Origin: Pseudomonadota bacterium | GTDB lineage: Bacteria > Pseudomonadota > Gammaproteobacteria > Enterobacterales > Alteromonadaceae | NCBI GenBank assembly: GCA_051750845.1 | Contig: JBNJKC010000002.1 | Coordinates: 31,910 to 95,909, forward strand | Reading direction: 5' to 3' | DNA: 64,000 bases | Shown: positions 23,653-40,977 of the stretch, piece by piece | How the letters are laid out: the number at the start of each line of letters is the position of its first letter | Position numbering within the stretch: position 1 is the first letter of the stretch | Program-made: the position numbers and the translations under genes | Notes under the pieces: model-generated | What the model saw: the letters and a program-made list of their open reading frames with translations, nothing else | What the model was told of the DNA's origin: nothing | Database searches by the model: none

Positions 23653-23960
23653 AGTGATTTCGTCTCTGTTGGCTGTTTTAGTAAAGATTCGGATTCGTTG
23701 CTATTTTCTGGCTTAATTTCTTGCTTACTGGGCGGAACCGGGTCATAACCACCTGCGTGGGCGGGATGACATTTACCAATTCTTACTGCAGCAAGGCCAA
23801 TACCACGGATTGTACCGTGTTTTTGTATAGCCTCACAGGCATAATGCGAGCAAGATGGATAAAATCGACAACGCGGGCCTAACAATGGGCTAATAAACCA
23901 TTGGTAAACCTTTATGAACGCGATTGGTATTGTTCGCAACGCTTTGCTAATTTTCGCCAT
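23649..23960 (-). CDS. yidD: Membrane protein insertion efficiency factor
   Basis: [23 protein letters not shown]; [13 protein letters not shown]. Confidence 0.95.
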   Translation of the reverse strand: MAKISKALRTIPIAFIKVYQWFISPLLGPRCRFYPSCSHYACEAIQKHGTIRGIGLAAVRIGKCHPAHAGGYDPVPPSKQEIKPENSNESESLLKQPTETKSL

Positions 23961-24289
23961 AAATAATTCAACGTATCCCGTAATGCGGCGTTATCCTGCT
24001 CGACAATACCCTGCTTGGCAATAATTACAATGTCAAAAGCGGGGATTTTGTGCTGTCTTAAACGGAATGTTTCACGTATCTGGCGTTTTATGCGGTTTCG
24101 GTCAACAGCGCGCTTAGCCCGCTTTTTACTGACAGTAACACCTATACGCGGATGCCCTAACTCATTGGGGGTTGCCAACATAGTGACATGAGCAGTAACG
24201 GCTTTTACAGGAGGGTTTGAGAATACAGTCTGGAAATGAGAGGGAGTTAACAGACGTAACTCCCTTCCATATGAGATACTTTTATGCAC
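23912..24289 (-). CDS. rnpA: Ribonuclease P protein component
   Basis: [11 protein letters not shown]; [15 protein letters not shown]. Confidence 0.97.
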   Translation of the reverse strand: MHKSISYGRELRLLTPSHFQTVFSNPPVKAVTAHVTMLATPNELGHPRIGVTVSKKRAKRAVDRNRIKRQIRETFRLRQHKIPAFDIVIIAKQGIVEQDNAALRDTLNYLWRKLAKRCEQYQSRS

Positions 24290-24416
24290 TCAGTACTTTG
24301 CGACCACGAGCACGGCGACGAGCCAATACTTTACGGCCGTTTTTAGTTGCCATGCGAGCACGGAAGCCGTGAGCACGTTTGCGTTTTAATACGCTTGGTT
24401 GAAATGTTCTTTTCAT
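24282..24416 (-). CDS. rpmH: 50S ribosomal protein L34
   Basis: [44 protein letters not shown]; start is ATG 24416. Confidence 0.99.
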   Translation of the reverse strand: MKRTFQPSVLKRKRAHGFRARMATKNGRKVLARRRARGRKVLSA

Positions 24417-24503
24417 AACTAATATTCCATCGGTCAGTTTGCTATTTCCCACGCTGGCCGAAAAAGTTGAAACCAAACGTGAACGGAATTTTTTAGAGCG
24501 CGG

Positions 24504-24532
24504 ATCTTACCGATCTTTTTGCATTGAGTCAA
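24504..24532 (-). promoter_or_regulatory. Putative sigma70 promoter of rpmH
   Basis: TTGACT-17-TAAGAT on the minus strand. Confidence 0.65.
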
Positions 24533-24572
24533 TGATAAGAGGCGGTTTTAGGCAATAAATCCTAAATTAATC

Positions 24573-24633
24573 TCATCCACAATCTTGAGCGATTATAACA
24601 TTAATAATGTGGATAAAATAACAGTTATTCACT
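24573..24633. promoter_or_regulatory. DnaA boxes upstream of dnaA (autoregulation)
   Basis: TCATCCACA at 24573, perfect TGTGGATAA at 24608, TTATTCACT at 24625. Confidence 0.7.
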
Positions 24634-24820
24634 TTTTAGATGATTTTCCTGTTTTGGTAAAATGCCCTGTTACAAGCAAGTTATGCGCCAATTATGCTAT
24701 CGCTGAGGATTTTTTATCTCCTTTATTCATGCCGTTTTCAGGCAGTTTATACTAGCGAAGATTAACTGAGTGAAGTACAATCTTTGGTTATGATAATAAA
24801 AAACGATCCAGGAGAAGAGT

Positions 24821-26185
24821 GTGAATAATTCGCTTTGGCAACAATGTGCAGAGCGACTGCAATCGGAGTTACCGTTACAGCAGTTCAACACGTGGATCAG
24901 ACCGCTACAAGCCAAACTTAATGGCGAGACCTTGACCTTATTTGCACCGAATATCTATTCGGTTGATTGGGTGCGCGATAAATACCTGAAAACCATTAAT
25001 GCCTATTTGGAATCTATGTGCGATGACAAAGTACCGAATGTTGTTTTAAAGGTTGGAGAAGCGTCACCAACACAAAAAGATAATGGCTCGCAACAACGCG
25101 CTGCCCTAACGCGCAGAAAAACGCCGAACTTCTCCTCCAGTAACGCCGATACTGAAGTACCATTTGAGAGTAATATTCACCCCGAGTATACCTTTGATAA
25201 CTTTGTCGAAGGTAAGTCGAACCAGCTAGCCCGCGCGGCAGCTATTCAGGTAGCAGAGAACCCTGGCGGTGTTTACAACCCACTTTTTGTCTATGGTGGT
25301 ACAGGTTTAGGTAAAACACACTTATTGCACGCAGTTGGCAACGGCATCATGGCGCACAAAAAGGACGCCAAGGTGTTTTATATTCGGGCAGAGCGTTTTG
25401 TTCAGGACATGGTCAACTCCATTCGTAACAGTTCGACCAACGAATTTAAACGGTACTACCGCTCTGTTGATGCTTTGCTAATAGATGACATCCATTTCTT
25501 TGCGAATAAAAAAGGCTCTCAGGAAGAATTCTTTCATACTTTCAACGCACTGTTGGAAGGTAATCAGCAAATTATTATGACCAGCGATCTTTATCCGAAA
25601 GAAATAGATGGAGTAGAAGATCGGCTGAAATCCCGTTTCGGCTGGGGCTTGACCATTGCTATTGAGCCGCCGGAATTAGAAACGCGAGTTGCTATTTTAA
25701 TGCGAAAAGCGGACGAACGTGGGTTACATATGCCGCACGAAGTCGCCTTTTTCATTGCCAAAAGGCTGCGTTCAAATGTGCGTGAACTTGAAGGTGCCCT
25801 GAACCGGGTTGTCGCTAATGTACAACTTACCGGCCGACCAATTACTATCGACTTTGTACGTGAAGCATTACGTGACCTAATAGCCGCTCAGGAAAAATTG
25901 GTCACTATTGATAACATTCAGAAGACAGTAGCAGAATATTATAATATTAAGTTAGCTGACATTTTGTCTAAGCGCCGGAGTCGTTCCGTAGCGCGCCCAC
26001 GTCAGTTGGCCATGGCGTTGGCAAAAGAGCTAACCAACCACAGTTTACCGGAAATTGGTGACGCTTTTGGTGGGCGTGACCACACGACGGTTTTACATGC
26101 TTGTCGCAAAATACAAGAATTAAAAGATGCGCAGCACGATATAAAAGAAGACTATAGAAATCTTATTCGAACGTTGTCGTCATAA
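24821..26185 (+). CDS. dnaA: Chromosomal replication initiator DnaA
   Basis: [12 protein letters not shown]; RLKSRFGWG; [12 protein letters not shown]. Confidence 0.99.
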   Translation: MNNSLWQQCAERLQSELPLQQFNTWIRPLQAKLNGETLTLFAPNIYSVDWVRDKYLKTINAYLESMCDDKVPNVVLKVGEASPTQKDNGSQQRAALTRRKTPNFSSSNADTEVPFESNIHPEYTFDNFVEGKSNQLARAAAIQVAENPGGVYNPLFVYGGTGLGKTHLLHAVGNGIMAHKKDAKVFYIRAERFVQDMVNSIRNSSTNEFKRYYRSVDALLIDDIHFFANKKGSQEEFFHTFNALLEGNQQIIMTSDLYPKEIDGVEDRLKSRFGWGLTIAIEPPELETRVAILMRKADERGLHMPHEVAFFIAKRLRSNVRELEGALNRVVANVQLTGRPITIDFVREALRDLIAAQEKLVTIDNIQKTVAEYYNIKLADILSKRRSRSVARPRQLAMALAKELTNHSLPEIGDAFGGRDHTTVLHACRKIQELKDAQHDIKEDYRNLIRTLSS

Positions 26186-26215
26186 GGTATGTCGTTATAA
26201 ACAGGGGACTCAGTC

Positions 26216-27319
26216 ATGAAATTTTCAATTAACCGCGATGCTTTTCTCAAGCCACTGCAGGTTGTGAGTGGTGCTGTTGAAAGGCGGCATACGTTACCAA
26301 TTTTGTCGAATTTGTTATTACAGGTGGATAACGGTCAGCTTAAATTGACCGGAACAGATCTGGAAGTTGAACTGGTCTCCTCGGTACCGCTTGAATCAGC
26401 AGATATGGATGCTGCAGTTACTGTACCAGCTAAGAAACTTCTGGATATTGTGCGGAGCTTACCGGAAGGTTCAACAATTGAATTCACTTCGCAGGAAGAC
26501 AGCGCAACCGTTAAATCAGGCCGCAGTAAGTTTAAGCTTAGCACCCTGTCGTCAGACGACTTCCCAAATATCGATGATTGGAAAAGTGACATTCATTTGG
26601 TGACTGAACAGGCCATATTAAAAGATTTAATGGAAAAGACTCATTTCTCAATGGCGAACCAGGACGTCCGTTATTATTTAAATGGCATGTTGTTTGAAAC
26701 GGACAATGGCATGTTGCGTTCTGTCGCAACCGACGGTCACCGTTTGGCGATGAGTACTTGTGCCATTGACCAGCCTGGCCTTGCTCAACGACAGGTTATT
26801 GTTCCTCGTAAGGGGGTTGTTGAGTTACTTCGTCTTCTGGGCGATGACGATCAGGAAGTGTCAGTATCTATCGGAAATAATCATATTCGCGTTGAGACAC
26901 CAGAGCTGGTGTTTACCAGTAAATTGGTTGATGGTCGTTTTCCAGATTACCGCCGTGTTTTGCCAAGTGGCGGTGATAAAGTTGTGGTCGCGCATCGTGA
27001 TGCTTTACGTCAGTCTTTCGGCCGTGCTTCGATTTTATCAAATGAAAAGTTTCGTGGTGTGCGTTTAAACTTAAGCAGTGGTGAACTTTGTATTACTGCG
27101 ACAAACCCTGAACAAGAACAAGCCGAAGAAGTTATAGAAGTCGATTACCAAGGTGATGATCTTGAAATAGGTTTCAACGTTAGCTATTTGTTAGATGTCT
27201 TAAATAACATTGATGACGAACAAGTTTCCTTTACTCTGTCTGACTCAAACAGTAGTGCATTAATTGAACCTCAGCACGACGAGTCTTGCTGTTACGTTAT
27301 TATGCCGATGCGTTTGTAG
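26216..27319 (+). CDS. dnaN: DNA polymerase III beta clamp
   Basis: RHTLPILSN; ATDGHRLA; YVIMPMRL. Confidence 0.99.
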   Translation: MKFSINRDAFLKPLQVVSGAVERRHTLPILSNLLLQVDNGQLKLTGTDLEVELVSSVPLESADMDAAVTVPAKKLLDIVRSLPEGSTIEFTSQEDSATVKSGRSKFKLSTLSSDDFPNIDDWKSDIHLVTEQAILKDLMEKTHFSMANQDVRYYLNGMLFETDNGMLRSVATDGHRLAMSTCAIDQPGLAQRQVIVPRKGVVELLRLLGDDDQEVSVSIGNNHIRVETPELVFTSKLVDGRFPDYRRVLPSGGDKVVVAHRDALRQSFGRASILSNEKFRGVRLNLSSGELCITATNPEQEQAEEVIEVDYQGDDLEIGFNVSYLLDVLNNIDDEQVSFTLSDSNSSALIEPQHDESCCYVIMPMRL

Positions 27320-27332
27320 CCCTGCCTCATAA

Positions 27333-28397
27333 ATGTTCATTGAGACGTTGAATTTAAGCCACTTCAGAAACTTTTCGGAAGTGGCTCTTTCTCCCAGCCC
27401 CAGAATAAATATCATAACCGGCGATAACGGTTCCGGTAAAACCAGCTTGCTTGAAGCTATCTATTTACTCGGTTTTGGGCGTTCTTTTCGGCCCGGTGGT
27501 TTTCGTCAGTTAATTAAAGAGGGCAATAACGGTTTTACCGTATTTTGCCGTTCTAAGGATTACTCTATTGGCGTTCGACGCAGTAGTGATGGAGAGCAGT
27601 CCTTAAGGTTGAATGGTGCGAATGTCCAGCGGATGTCAGATGTCGCGCGATTGGTGCCGGTACAACTATTAACTCCCGAATCTGTAGATATTCTTTTAGA
27701 GGGACCAGGTCAGAGACGACAGTTTATTGATTGGGGAGTGTTCCACGTGGAACACTCTTTTTATTCAGACTGGGTTGCTTACACCCAACTGCTTAAACAA
27801 CGAAACAGTTTACTTAAGCAACGCTCGCTTCCTGTGCGTGAAGATAAATATTGGAAAGAACAGTTGGCCTATTATGGTGAACGCATTAGTAAAAGTCGCG
27901 AAAAATACCTAGAAGAACTTAATGATTATATACAAGAACTAGCGAAATCTTTTCTCTCCGATGTTACAATGGAGGTTCGATTAAAATCGGGCTGGGATAC
28001 TAGCCAAAGTTTATTTGACGCCTTAGAAAGCCATACAGAGAAAGATAAGAAATACGGCTTCACCTCAGTTGGGGCACATAAGGCAGATATCAAAGTGATA
28101 GCAGATGGTGTGGAAGTTAAGCATCGCTTATCTCGCGGGCAGTTAAAAACCGCGATAACCGCTTTGAAATTAGCGCAAGGGAAGCATTATCAAAAAATTA
28201 AAAAGCAACCCTGCATCTATTTGGTTGATGATTTAACGTCAGAGCTTGATTCAAGAAACCAGGCGTTACTTTGTCGCGAGTTAGAAAATCTAGACGCACA
28301 AGTGTTTATCACCGCAATTACTGGAAAGCAGTTGTCGGATAAATTTCAAAAATCACCTCGAATGTTCCACGTGGAACAAGGGGTAATAAACGAATGA
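27333..28397 (+). CDS. recF: DNA replication/repair protein RecF
   Basis: GDNGSGKTSLLEAI; LSRGQ; LVDDLTSELD. Confidence 0.97.
   Translation: MFIETLNLSHFRNFSEVALSPSPRINIITGDNGSGKTSLLEAIYLLGFGRSFRPGGFRQLIKEGNNGFTVFCRSKDYSIGVRRSSDGEQSLRLNGANVQRMSDVARLVPVQLLTPESVDILLEGPGQRRQFIDWGVFHVEHSFYSDWVAYTQLLKQRNSLLKQRSLPVREDKYWKEQLAYYGERISKSREKYLEELNDYIQELAKSFLSDVTMEVRLKSGWDTSQSLFDALESHTEKDKKYGFTSVGAHKADIKVIADGVEVKHRLSRGQLKTAITALKLAQGKHYQKIKKQPCIYLVDDLTSELDSRNQALLCRELENLDAQVFITAITGKQLSDKFQKSPRMFHVEQGVINE
27739..27754. promoter_or_regulatory. parS: parS centromere site 1 (inside recF)
   Basis: Perfect TGTTCCACGTGGAACA, within a 22-bp palindrome at 27736-27757. Confidence 0.9.
28363..28378. promoter_or_regulatory. 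parS: parS centromere site 2 (recF 3' end)
   Basis: Perfect TGTTCCACGTGGAACA. Confidence 0.9.
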
Positions 28398-30830
<2,433 letters not shown>

Positions 30831-30856
30831 TTAATAGGCAACGAAAAGTAAGCAAT

Positions 30857-30895
30857 AAAAAAAGCCGGCTTCATTTTCCATGAGCCGGCTTTTTA
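30857..30895. terminator. Bidirectional terminator between gyrB and glyS
   Basis: A-run, AGCCGGCT...AGCCGGCT stem, T-run, between convergent genes. Confidence 0.85.
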
Positions 30896-30914
30896 TTATT
30901 TTTAAATCAAATGC

Positions 30915-32981
30915 TTACTGAAGAAGTGAAATGTCTGCTATCTCCAGGAACAACTGACGCAATCTGAATAATAAGTTAAGTCGGTTCACACGAACTTTAT
31001 CGTCTTCCGCATTGACCATTACATGCTCAAAAAACGAATCGACAGGCTCTTTAAGCTCAGATAACTGCGTAAGGGCCTCGCTATAATCACTGTTAGCAAT
31101 AAGTGGCTTAATAGCGCTTTCAGTTTGTGTCACTAAACGATAAAGCGCTGTTTCGGAATCATCTTGTAAAACAGACTCATCAACTTTGCCGGATATTTCT
31201 TCTTTGGACTTTGCGAGAATATTCCCAACCCGCTTATTAGCAGCTGCCAAACTTGCTGCAGAGTCCAGAGATTTAAATGACTGAACAGCCTTAACGCGTT
31301 GGTCAAAGTCGGTTGGCTTTGACGGCGACCGTGCCAGTACTGACTGAATAACATCAACCGAAATACCTTGATCCTGATACCAAGGGCGGAAACGACCAAG
31401 CAAGAATTCAAATACGTCTGCAGCAACCGTTTTATTGGATAACTTATCACCAAAGCCTTCTACTGAGGCTGCCAGTAGCTCATTCAAATCTAGTGTGAGG
31501 TTGCGCTCGACCAGTGTACGCAATAAACCTAAAGCTGCGCGTCGAAGAGCAAAGGGGTCACGATCACCTTTGGGTACCTGACCAATACCGAATATACCGA
31601 CCAGAGTGTCCAATTTGTCAGCTAATGCTACGGCACTGGCTTCTTTGGTTTGAGGTAATTCATCACCTGAAAAGCGAGGCCAGTAATGTTGCTCAATTGC
31701 CTGTGCGACAGTTTCACTTTCACCGTCGTTAAGCGCATAGTGCTTGCCCATAACACCTTGAGTTTCAGGGAACTCTGAAACCATATCGGATACCAGGTCA
31801 GCTTTGCATAGTAAGCCGGCTCTTTCTGAAGCTTTTACGTCAGCGTTTAACTGGCTGGCAATTTTACCGGCCAACACTGAAATACGACGTGCTTTGTCAC
31901 CAATACTTCCAAGTTGCTTTTGGAAAAGTACAGAATCCAGTGCCGAAAGGCGAGATTCCAGTGTCTTTTTCTTATCGGACTCAAAGAAAAACTGTGCGTC
32001 TGCCAGACGAGGGCGGACGACCTTTTCATTACCTTTTACAATTTGTTTCGGGTCGCGACTTTCAATATTGGTAATGAAAATAAATTGAGACAATAAGTTA
32101 CCTTTGCCATCTTCAACCGGGAAGTAACGCTGGTCGTCTTTCATCGTGACAATGAGCGGTTCCTTTGGCACCGCCAGAAAACCCTGATCGAAACTTGCCG
32201 TTAAAGCAACGGGCCATTCCACCAGTGCCGCAACTTCTTCAACCAACTCGTTATCCTGAACAACCTGGCCGCCGATCTCGGAAGCAAGGCGTGATACTTC
32301 TGATTGAATGGCCTCAATACGCTCTTCGAAGTTAGCGATTACTTTCGCTTCACGAAGCTTAGAAAGGTAGCTGTCGACATGGTCAAGCTCAAAACCTTCA
32401 GGAGAATGGAAACGATGACCCTGAATAAAACGAGCGCTCTTAGTTTCCAGAATCTCAGCTGGGATTAGCTCGCTACCCAGCATTACCGTAAGTGTATGAA
32501 CAGGGCGAATGAACTGAGCTGTGCTGTCACCCCAGCGCATCGGTTTAGGAATAGGTAGTGTTTTAATGGCGGCTTCCAGCATACCCTGAACTAAGTCAGC
32601 GAGAGCCTGACCTTTTACTGTCGCCTTATGCAGCAGCCATTCACCTTTTTCTGTCTTTAAACGGTCAGCCTGTTCAACCGTAATACCATTAGAACGAGCC
32701 CAGCCTTCGGCGGCTTTCGTTGGGTTACCTGAATCATCAAAAGCGACATTAACGGCGGGGCCGCGTTTCTCTACTTCTTTATCCTGCTGCTCTGTCTCTA
32801 CTTGTTTTACCAGAACCGCGAGCCTGCGAGGGGTTGCGTAAGCTTCAATGCTATTGAAACTCAACTCTGCATTTTTTAAACCTGACTCAATACCCGACTT
32901 TAAGCTGTCGCGCAGTGATTTTAAGGCTTTTGGAGGCAGCTCTTCGGTACCTAGCTCAATTAATAAGTTTTCTTTTTGCAC
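30915..32981 (-). CDS. glyS: Glycine--tRNA ligase beta subunit
   Basis: [12 protein letters not shown]; MRWG; DPFALRRAA. Confidence 0.98.
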   Translation of the reverse strand: MQKENLLIELGTEELPPKALKSLRDSLKSGIESGLKNAELSFNSIEAYATPRRLAVLVKQVETEQQDKEVEKRGPAVNVAFDDSGNPTKAAEGWARSNGITVEQADRLKTEKGEWLLHKATVKGQALADLVQGMLEAAIKTLPIPKPMRWGDSTAQFIRPVHTLTVMLGSELIPAEILETKSARFIQGHRFHSPEGFELDHVDSYLSKLREAKVIANFEERIEAIQSEVSRLASEIGGQVVQDNELVEEVAALVEWPVALTASFDQGFLAVPKEPLIVTMKDDQRYFPVEDGKGNLLSQFIFITNIESRDPKQIVKGNEKVVRPRLADAQFFFESDKKKTLESRLSALDSVLFQKQLGSIGDKARRISVLAGKIASQLNADVKASERAGLLCKADLVSDMVSEFPETQGVMGKHYALNDGESETVAQAIEQHYWPRFSGDELPQTKEASAVALADKLDTLVGIFGIGQVPKGDRDPFALRRAALGLLRTLVERNLTLDLNELLAASVEGFGDKLSNKTVAADVFEFLLGRFRPWYQDQGISVDVIQSVLARSPSKPTDFDQRVKAVQSFKSLDSAASLAAANKRVGNILAKSKEEISGKVDESVLQDDSETALYRLVTQTESAIKPLIANSDYSEALTQLSELKEPVDSFFEHVMVNAEDDKVRVNRLNLLFRLRQLFLEIADISLLQ

Positions 32982-32994
32982 GGCTTGGCTCTCC

Positions 32995-33915
32995 TTAGTT
33001 CGCTGCTGGTTTGTTTTTATTGTCGGCTAAAGGGAAGCCCAGAGCTTCGCGCGCCTGATAATAGACTTCGGCAACGGCTTTCGCCATGGTTCTGACACGA
33101 AGTATGTAGCGCTGCCTTTCGGTGACAGAGATAGCATGTCGGGCATCCAGCAAGTTAAATGCGTGAGATGCGCGCATCACTTGTTCATACGCAGGCAAAG
33201 CCAAAGATTTCTCTATGAGCAGTTCGCATTCTTTTTCACAGTCGTCGAAGCGGCGGAAAAGCACATCAACGTCTGCGTATTCAAAGTTGTAAGTCGACTG
33301 TTCAACTTCATTTTGATGAAATACGTCGCGGTACAAGATTTTACCGCGAGGTCCGTCTGTCCAGACCAGGTCGTAGATGCTGTCCACACCCTGAATGTAC
33401 ATCGCTAAACGCTCCAGGCCGTAGGTGATTTCTCCGGCTACGGGACGACACTCTAAACCACCGACTTGTTGGAAGTAGGTAAACTGAGTGACTTCCATAC
33501 CGTTAAGCCAAACTTCCCAGCCAAGACCCCAGGCACCAAGGGTAGGAGACTCCCAGTTGTCTTCAACGAAGCGTATGTCGTGGGTTAGTGTGTCAAAGCC
33601 GAGCATTTCTAAAGAACCCAGGTAAAGCTCCTGAATGTCTTTAGGCGAAGGCTTCATAATGACCTGAAACTGATAATAGTGCTGCAACCGGTTTGGGTTC
33701 TCGCCATAACGGCCATCAGTAGGGCGTCGGCAGGGCTGAACATAAGCAAAACTGGCCGGCTCCGGGCCTAATGAGCGTAAAAAAGTCATTGGGTGGAAAG
33801 TGCCTGCACCCACTTCCATATCTAATGGCTGAACTACGGCACAGCCTTGCTGAGCCCAGTAGTCCTGAAGAGCAAGAATAAGCCCCTGAAAGGTTTTCAC
33901 ATCGTATTTCGACAT
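32995..33915 (-). CDS. glyQ: Glycine--tRNA ligase alpha subunit
   Basis: [13 protein letters not shown]; GAGTFHP; [19 protein letters not shown]. Start placed at ATG 33915 (MSKYDV). Confidence 0.98.
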   Translation of the reverse strand: MSKYDVKTFQGLILALQDYWAQQGCAVVQPLDMEVGAGTFHPMTFLRSLGPEPASFAYVQPCRRPTDGRYGENPNRLQHYYQFQVIMKPSPKDIQELYLGSLEMLGFDTLTHDIRFVEDNWESPTLGAWGLGWEVWLNGMEVTQFTYFQQVGGLECRPVAGEITYGLERLAMYIQGVDSIYDLVWTDGPRGKILYRDVFHQNEVEQSTYNFEYADVDVLFRRFDDCEKECELLIEKSLALPAYEQVMRASHAFNLLDARHAISVTERQRYILRVRTMAKAVAEVYYQAREALGFPLADNKNKPAAN

Positions 33916-34008
33916 ACGGATTCTCTGCTTTTTTATTTGTGGTTGACCAATGGTCGAAAAATATGCGTAGATTATACCCTCTGAAGCGCCTTGGTTATAG
34001 GGGAAGGC

Positions 34009-34608
34009 ATGACAAATAATCAGCCGGAACGTTGTTCCTGGTGTGAATCTGCTGACGATTACCGTGCGTATCACGACAATGTATGGGGAAGGCCGGTACG
34101 TGATCCGAAAGAGCTCTTCGCCAAACTGTGCCTGGACGGGCAACAAGCGGGTCTTAGCTGGTTAACCATATTGCGCAAACAAGCGGGCTACGAAAAAGCT
34201 TTTTTAGGTTTTGATCCGCAAGCTATTGTGGCAATGAGTGATGCTGATCGAGAATTGTTGTACAGCAACCGTGATATTATTCGTAGCAAGGCGAAAATTG
34301 ACGCTATTTTCACCAATGCTGAAGCCTTTTTAAAGTTAGAAGAAAAGGGCATTAAGTTTGAGCAATGGCTATGGGCGTTTGTTGGCGGTTCACCGATTAT
34401 TAATGCGTATCGGACGCAAAGTGAGATTCCAACAGAAACTGAGGCTTCCCAAAGCATGGCAAAAGCGTTAAAAAAGGAGGGCTTTAAGTTTGTCGGTCCG
34501 ACCATTTGCTATGCTTTTATGGAAGCAGTTGGTATGGTGAACGACCATGTTATTAGCTGTCATTGCTATCAGCCAGTTGCTGACCAAATGAAACAGTTTA
34601 CGTTGTAA
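34009..34608 (+). CDS. tag: DNA-3-methyladenine glycosylase I
   Basis: RCSWC...YHDNVWG; [12 protein letters not shown]; [22 protein letters not shown]. Start placed at ATG 34009. Confidence 0.95.
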   Translation: MTNNQPERCSWCESADDYRAYHDNVWGRPVRDPKELFAKLCLDGQQAGLSWLTILRKQAGYEKAFLGFDPQAIVAMSDADRELLYSNRDIIRSKAKIDAIFTNAEAFLKLEEKGIKFEQWLWAFVGGSPIINAYRTQSEIPTETEASQSMAKALKKEGFKFVGPTICYAFMEAVGMVNDHVISCHCYQPVADQMKQFTL

Positions 34609-34609
34609 A

Positions 34610-35116
34610 ATGAGCGAAGAACGAATGATAGAAATTACACTTGCGGATTATAGTAACCCCAAACATCGTAATGCCGTTATAGCCATGTTGGATGCTTACG
34701 CTAAAGACCCAATGGGTGGTGGTGAAGGCATATCAGATGACGTCAAAGAAAGCCTGATAGATGAAATGGCAAAAAGAGACCATGTCTTTTCTTTGCTAGC
34801 TTACGATGGTGACACTCCGGTTGGCGTTGCAAACTGCGTAGAAGGCTTCTCAACCTTCGCTGCAAAACCGTTAATGAATATTCACGACATAGCCGTTATT
34901 CCGGAATATCGGGGTCAGGGCGTTGCTAAAAAGCTTTTAGAAGAAGTGAAAACGCTGGCGGAATTCCGTGGTTGCGTGAAGCTGACTCTGGAAGTGCTTG
35001 AGAACAATGACAGAGCTAAGCAAGCCTACAAAAATTTCGGCTTTGAACCTTACGAACTTGGAGATGTTGGTCAGGCCGAGTTCTGGGAGATGTACTTAAA
35101 TAAAGATAAAACCTGA
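34610..35116 (+). CDS. GNAT family N-acetyltransferase
   Basis: NIHDIAVIPEYRGQGVAKKLL acetyl-CoA motif; LEVLENNDRA. Confidence 0.9.
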   Translation: MSEERMIEITLADYSNPKHRNAVIAMLDAYAKDPMGGGEGISDDVKESLIDEMAKRDHVFSLLAYDGDTPVGVANCVEGFSTFAAKPLMNIHDIAVIPEYRGQGVAKKLLEEVKTLAEFRGCVKLTLEVLENNDRAKQAYKNFGFEPYELGDVGQAEFWEMYLNKDKT

Positions 35117-35134
35117 CGCACGCGCATCAGGTGT

Positions 35135-35374
35135 TTAATGTGACTTCCTAACCCAGTAACGGTAAGGCATACCTTCCGTTTCAGAACCAACCAATTCGTG
35201 TTCCATAAATTCGCAAAAGCCCGGAATATCCCGGGTTGTTGCCGGATCATCCGCAATAATCAGTAAAACCTGACCAACTTCCATTTTACGAATAGCCGCT
35301 CTTACCAGCATGACTGGCTCAGGACATTTAAGGCCTAAGGTATCGAGTTCTTTGTCGCAGTTAATCTGAGTCAT
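35135..35374 (-). CDS. tusA: Sulfurtransferase TusA
   Basis: [13 protein letters not shown]; [14 protein letters not shown]. Start placed at ATG 35374. Confidence 0.95.
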   Translation of the reverse strand: MTQINCDKELDTLGLKCPEPVMLVRAAIRKMEVGQVLLIIADDPATTRDIPGFCEFMEHELVGSETEGMPYRYWVRKSH

Positions 35375-35494
35375 TACTTCTTTAAAAGACGTTAAGTGAA
35401 ATTGCCGAGTAGCGAGTAGTTTAACACTTTCGGGCTTAATAGGTGAGGGGGTGTGGCGGATTGCACCGCTGTTTGTTGGCGGGAAATAAAAAGG

Positions 35495-35516
35495 GGCGAG
35501 CCGTCGCTCCCCCTTC
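35495..35516 (-). terminator. fadBA terminator
   Basis: GGGGAGCGA...TCGCCCC hairpin plus U-run on the minus strand after the fadA stop. Confidence 0.6.
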
Positions 35517-35540
35517 CTCATCCTCAGAGCGGTTAAAGTG

Positions 35541-38881
<3,341 letters not shown>

Positions 38882-38995
38882 CTTGGGTCTCCCACGACTT
38901 CCATTAATTTGTTGCTATAAAGAAACTGATTCTGCTATAGCTTTGGGTTAAGGTAGAGAGAGTTTGGCGCGAATACGCCAATTTTTCAACGGTTA

Positions 38996-39013
38996 TTTAA
39001 ACATGCGTTTGAA
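38996..39013. promoter_or_regulatory. PsrA-like (TetR family) operator between fadB and slt
   Basis: TTTAAAC-ATGC-GTTTGAA, one mismatch from the TTCAAAC-N4-GTTTGAA palindrome, upstream of fadBA. Confidence 0.6.
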
Positions 39014-39016
39014 TTA

Positions 39017-40966
39017 ATGAAAAAGCAGTCGTTTATCATACGTTACAGTGCGCCATTATTTTTCGCGTTATCGCTGTTTAGTAGTGGTGCAGCCCCGTCT
39101 GAACCTGTTGATAGTGAACAACGGGAGCAGCAGCGTGAGCTATTCAAAAAAGCAGAATATGCCGCGAAGCGTGGTCGCCTGAATGAATACCGTCAGTTAT
39201 TACAGAAGCTTGAGGGCTATCCACTAGTTCCGTATCTCGAGTTGGCAAGACTGGAGCAGATAGGCTATCTGGCTAATGAAGACCGGGTTCTGGCTTTTCT
39301 GGAAAAGTATGACAACACACCACTCGACTGGCAGCTAAGGCAGCCCTGGCTTACTTACCTAGCGGGGCAGGAAGAGCATACACGCTTTATTCGCGACTTT
39401 CGCCATCCGGGTACTTTGACGCACCGTTGTCAGTTTATTGAAGCACAACGAGAGAAAGGTTTGGATGACGGTCCTTTTCGCCGTCAGGTTGATGCTATTT
39501 GGGAACATGGGTTTTCGCTTCCTTCGGCTTGTGATCCTATTTTGAAAAAATGGGAAGGCCTTGACGGGCGTACCGATGAAAAGATTTGGAATAGGCTGGA
39601 GATGGCAGCTGAGCACGGTAACCCAACTTTACTGCCTTACCTCACAGGTTTGTTACCCGAGTTACAGCAATATCTGGGTGAGTTTTATCATAAAGTGCGA
39701 TATTCGCCGGCGGCCATTGAAGACGGTTCCTGGTTTAAGGGGCGTTACCCTGAAAAAGAAGCCCAAATAACCACTTTTGCACTGACAAAGCTTATTTGGC
39801 GAGATGAAAATATTGCTCTGCGCAGTTATAAAAAGCTGAAGCCAGAGCTGCCTTTTACCGAGGCGCAGGAAGAACGCATAGCGGAAGAGTTTGCGGTTGC
39901 ACTGAGTTTGAAGTCTCACCCGGAAGCGCGCGTCTGGCATGATCGTGTTCCTGTTAATGCACTAAATGAGCGGATTCTTCAGTGGCGCTTAGCAATCTAT
40001 CTTAAAGACAAAGATTATGAAGGCCTGCGTGATTCTATTCAAAGTCTTCCCGTTGCTATTCGGCAAGGGAATCAGTGGCGTTACTGGCTTGCGCGTACGC
40101 AGGAAATAACCGGCAATGCGTTGGTTGCTCAGCAGCTCTACGAGGATTTATCTGACGAACGCCATTATTACGGCTTCCTTGCCTCTGCAAGGTTACAGAA
40201 ACCGGTTAGCCTTGAACACGAAGAACTTGAGGTGAGTGTGGTTCAGCTTGAGCAGATTCGGAACCATCCTAGTGTCCAGCGCGCTTACGAGCTTATCCAG
40301 CTTGAACGCTGGGTGGACGCAAGGAGAGAGTGGAATCACTTATTAACTCAACTTGATGGTGAAGAGCAAAAGGTTGCCGCGTATCTTGCCAGTGAGTGGG
40401 GGTGGCACGATCAAGCCATATGGACATTAGCACAAATTGGTCATTTTGATGCCGTGGGCATTCGTTTTCCGTTAGCCTATAAAGACATATTAGGGCGGGC
40501 GTCACAGGCCGCAGGAATAGATGAAAACTGGGCTCTAGCCATTACCCGGCGAGAGAGTAATTTCCGCCACGATGCTTATTCCAGCGCGGGCGCCAGAGGC
40601 TTAATGCAAATTCTGCCCGGCACCGCCAAACAATTGGATACTAAAAATAACAGTTGGCGCCGTTTAAACGACCCGTCGGTCAATGTGCGATTAGGAACTC
40701 ACTATTTGAGTCGCCTGAAACACCGGTTTGAAAACAACTGGCTATTAGCTACGGCAAGCTATAATGCAGGATACTACCGGGTGAGGGAATGGTTGCCGGA
40801 AGAGCCTGTTTATGCCGATGAGTGGGTTGAAACCATTCCCTACCATGAGACCCGAGATTATGTAAAAGCGGTATTGAGTTACCAACAAATTTATAGGATG
40901 TTAGGTGGTAACGAGAATAATTTGTTTGAGCAAGTTGTTGATATGACCATTGTTGAGACTGAATAA
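39017..40966 (+). CDS. slt: Soluble lytic murein transglycosylase Slt70-like
   Basis: Signal peptide; AITRRESNF catalytic Glu; GARGLMQILP; ASYNAG; ETIPYHETRDYV. Confidence 0.93.
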   Translation: MKKQSFIIRYSAPLFFALSLFSSGAAPSEPVDSEQREQQRELFKKAEYAAKRGRLNEYRQLLQKLEGYPLVPYLELARLEQIGYLANEDRVLAFLEKYDNTPLDWQLRQPWLTYLAGQEEHTRFIRDFRHPGTLTHRCQFIEAQREKGLDDGPFRRQVDAIWEHGFSLPSACDPILKKWEGLDGRTDEKIWNRLEMAAEHGNPTLLPYLTGLLPELQQYLGEFYHKVRYSPAAIEDGSWFKGRYPEKEAQITTFALTKLIWRDENIALRSYKKLKPELPFTEAQEERIAEEFAVALSLKSHPEARVWHDRVPVNALNERILQWRLAIYLKDKDYEGLRDSIQSLPVAIRQGNQWRYWLARTQEITGNALVAQQLYEDLSDERHYYGFLASARLQKPVSLEHEELEVSVVQLEQIRNHPSVQRAYELIQLERWVDARREWNHLLTQLDGEEQKVAAYLASEWGWHDQAIWTLAQIGHFDAVGIRFPLAYKDILGRASQAAGIDENWALAITRRESNFRHDAYSSAGARGLMQILPGTAKQLDTKNNSWRRLNDPSVNVRLGTHYLSRLKHRFENNWLLATASYNAGYYRVREWLPEEPVYADEWVETIPYHETRDYVKAVLSYQQIYRMLGGNENNLFEQVVDMTIVETE

Positions 40967-40977
40967 GGCGATTCAAT

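Noticed and set aside
24068-24077. TGTTTCACGT, a parS half-site in rnpA
   Set aside because: The second half of the palindrome is missing.
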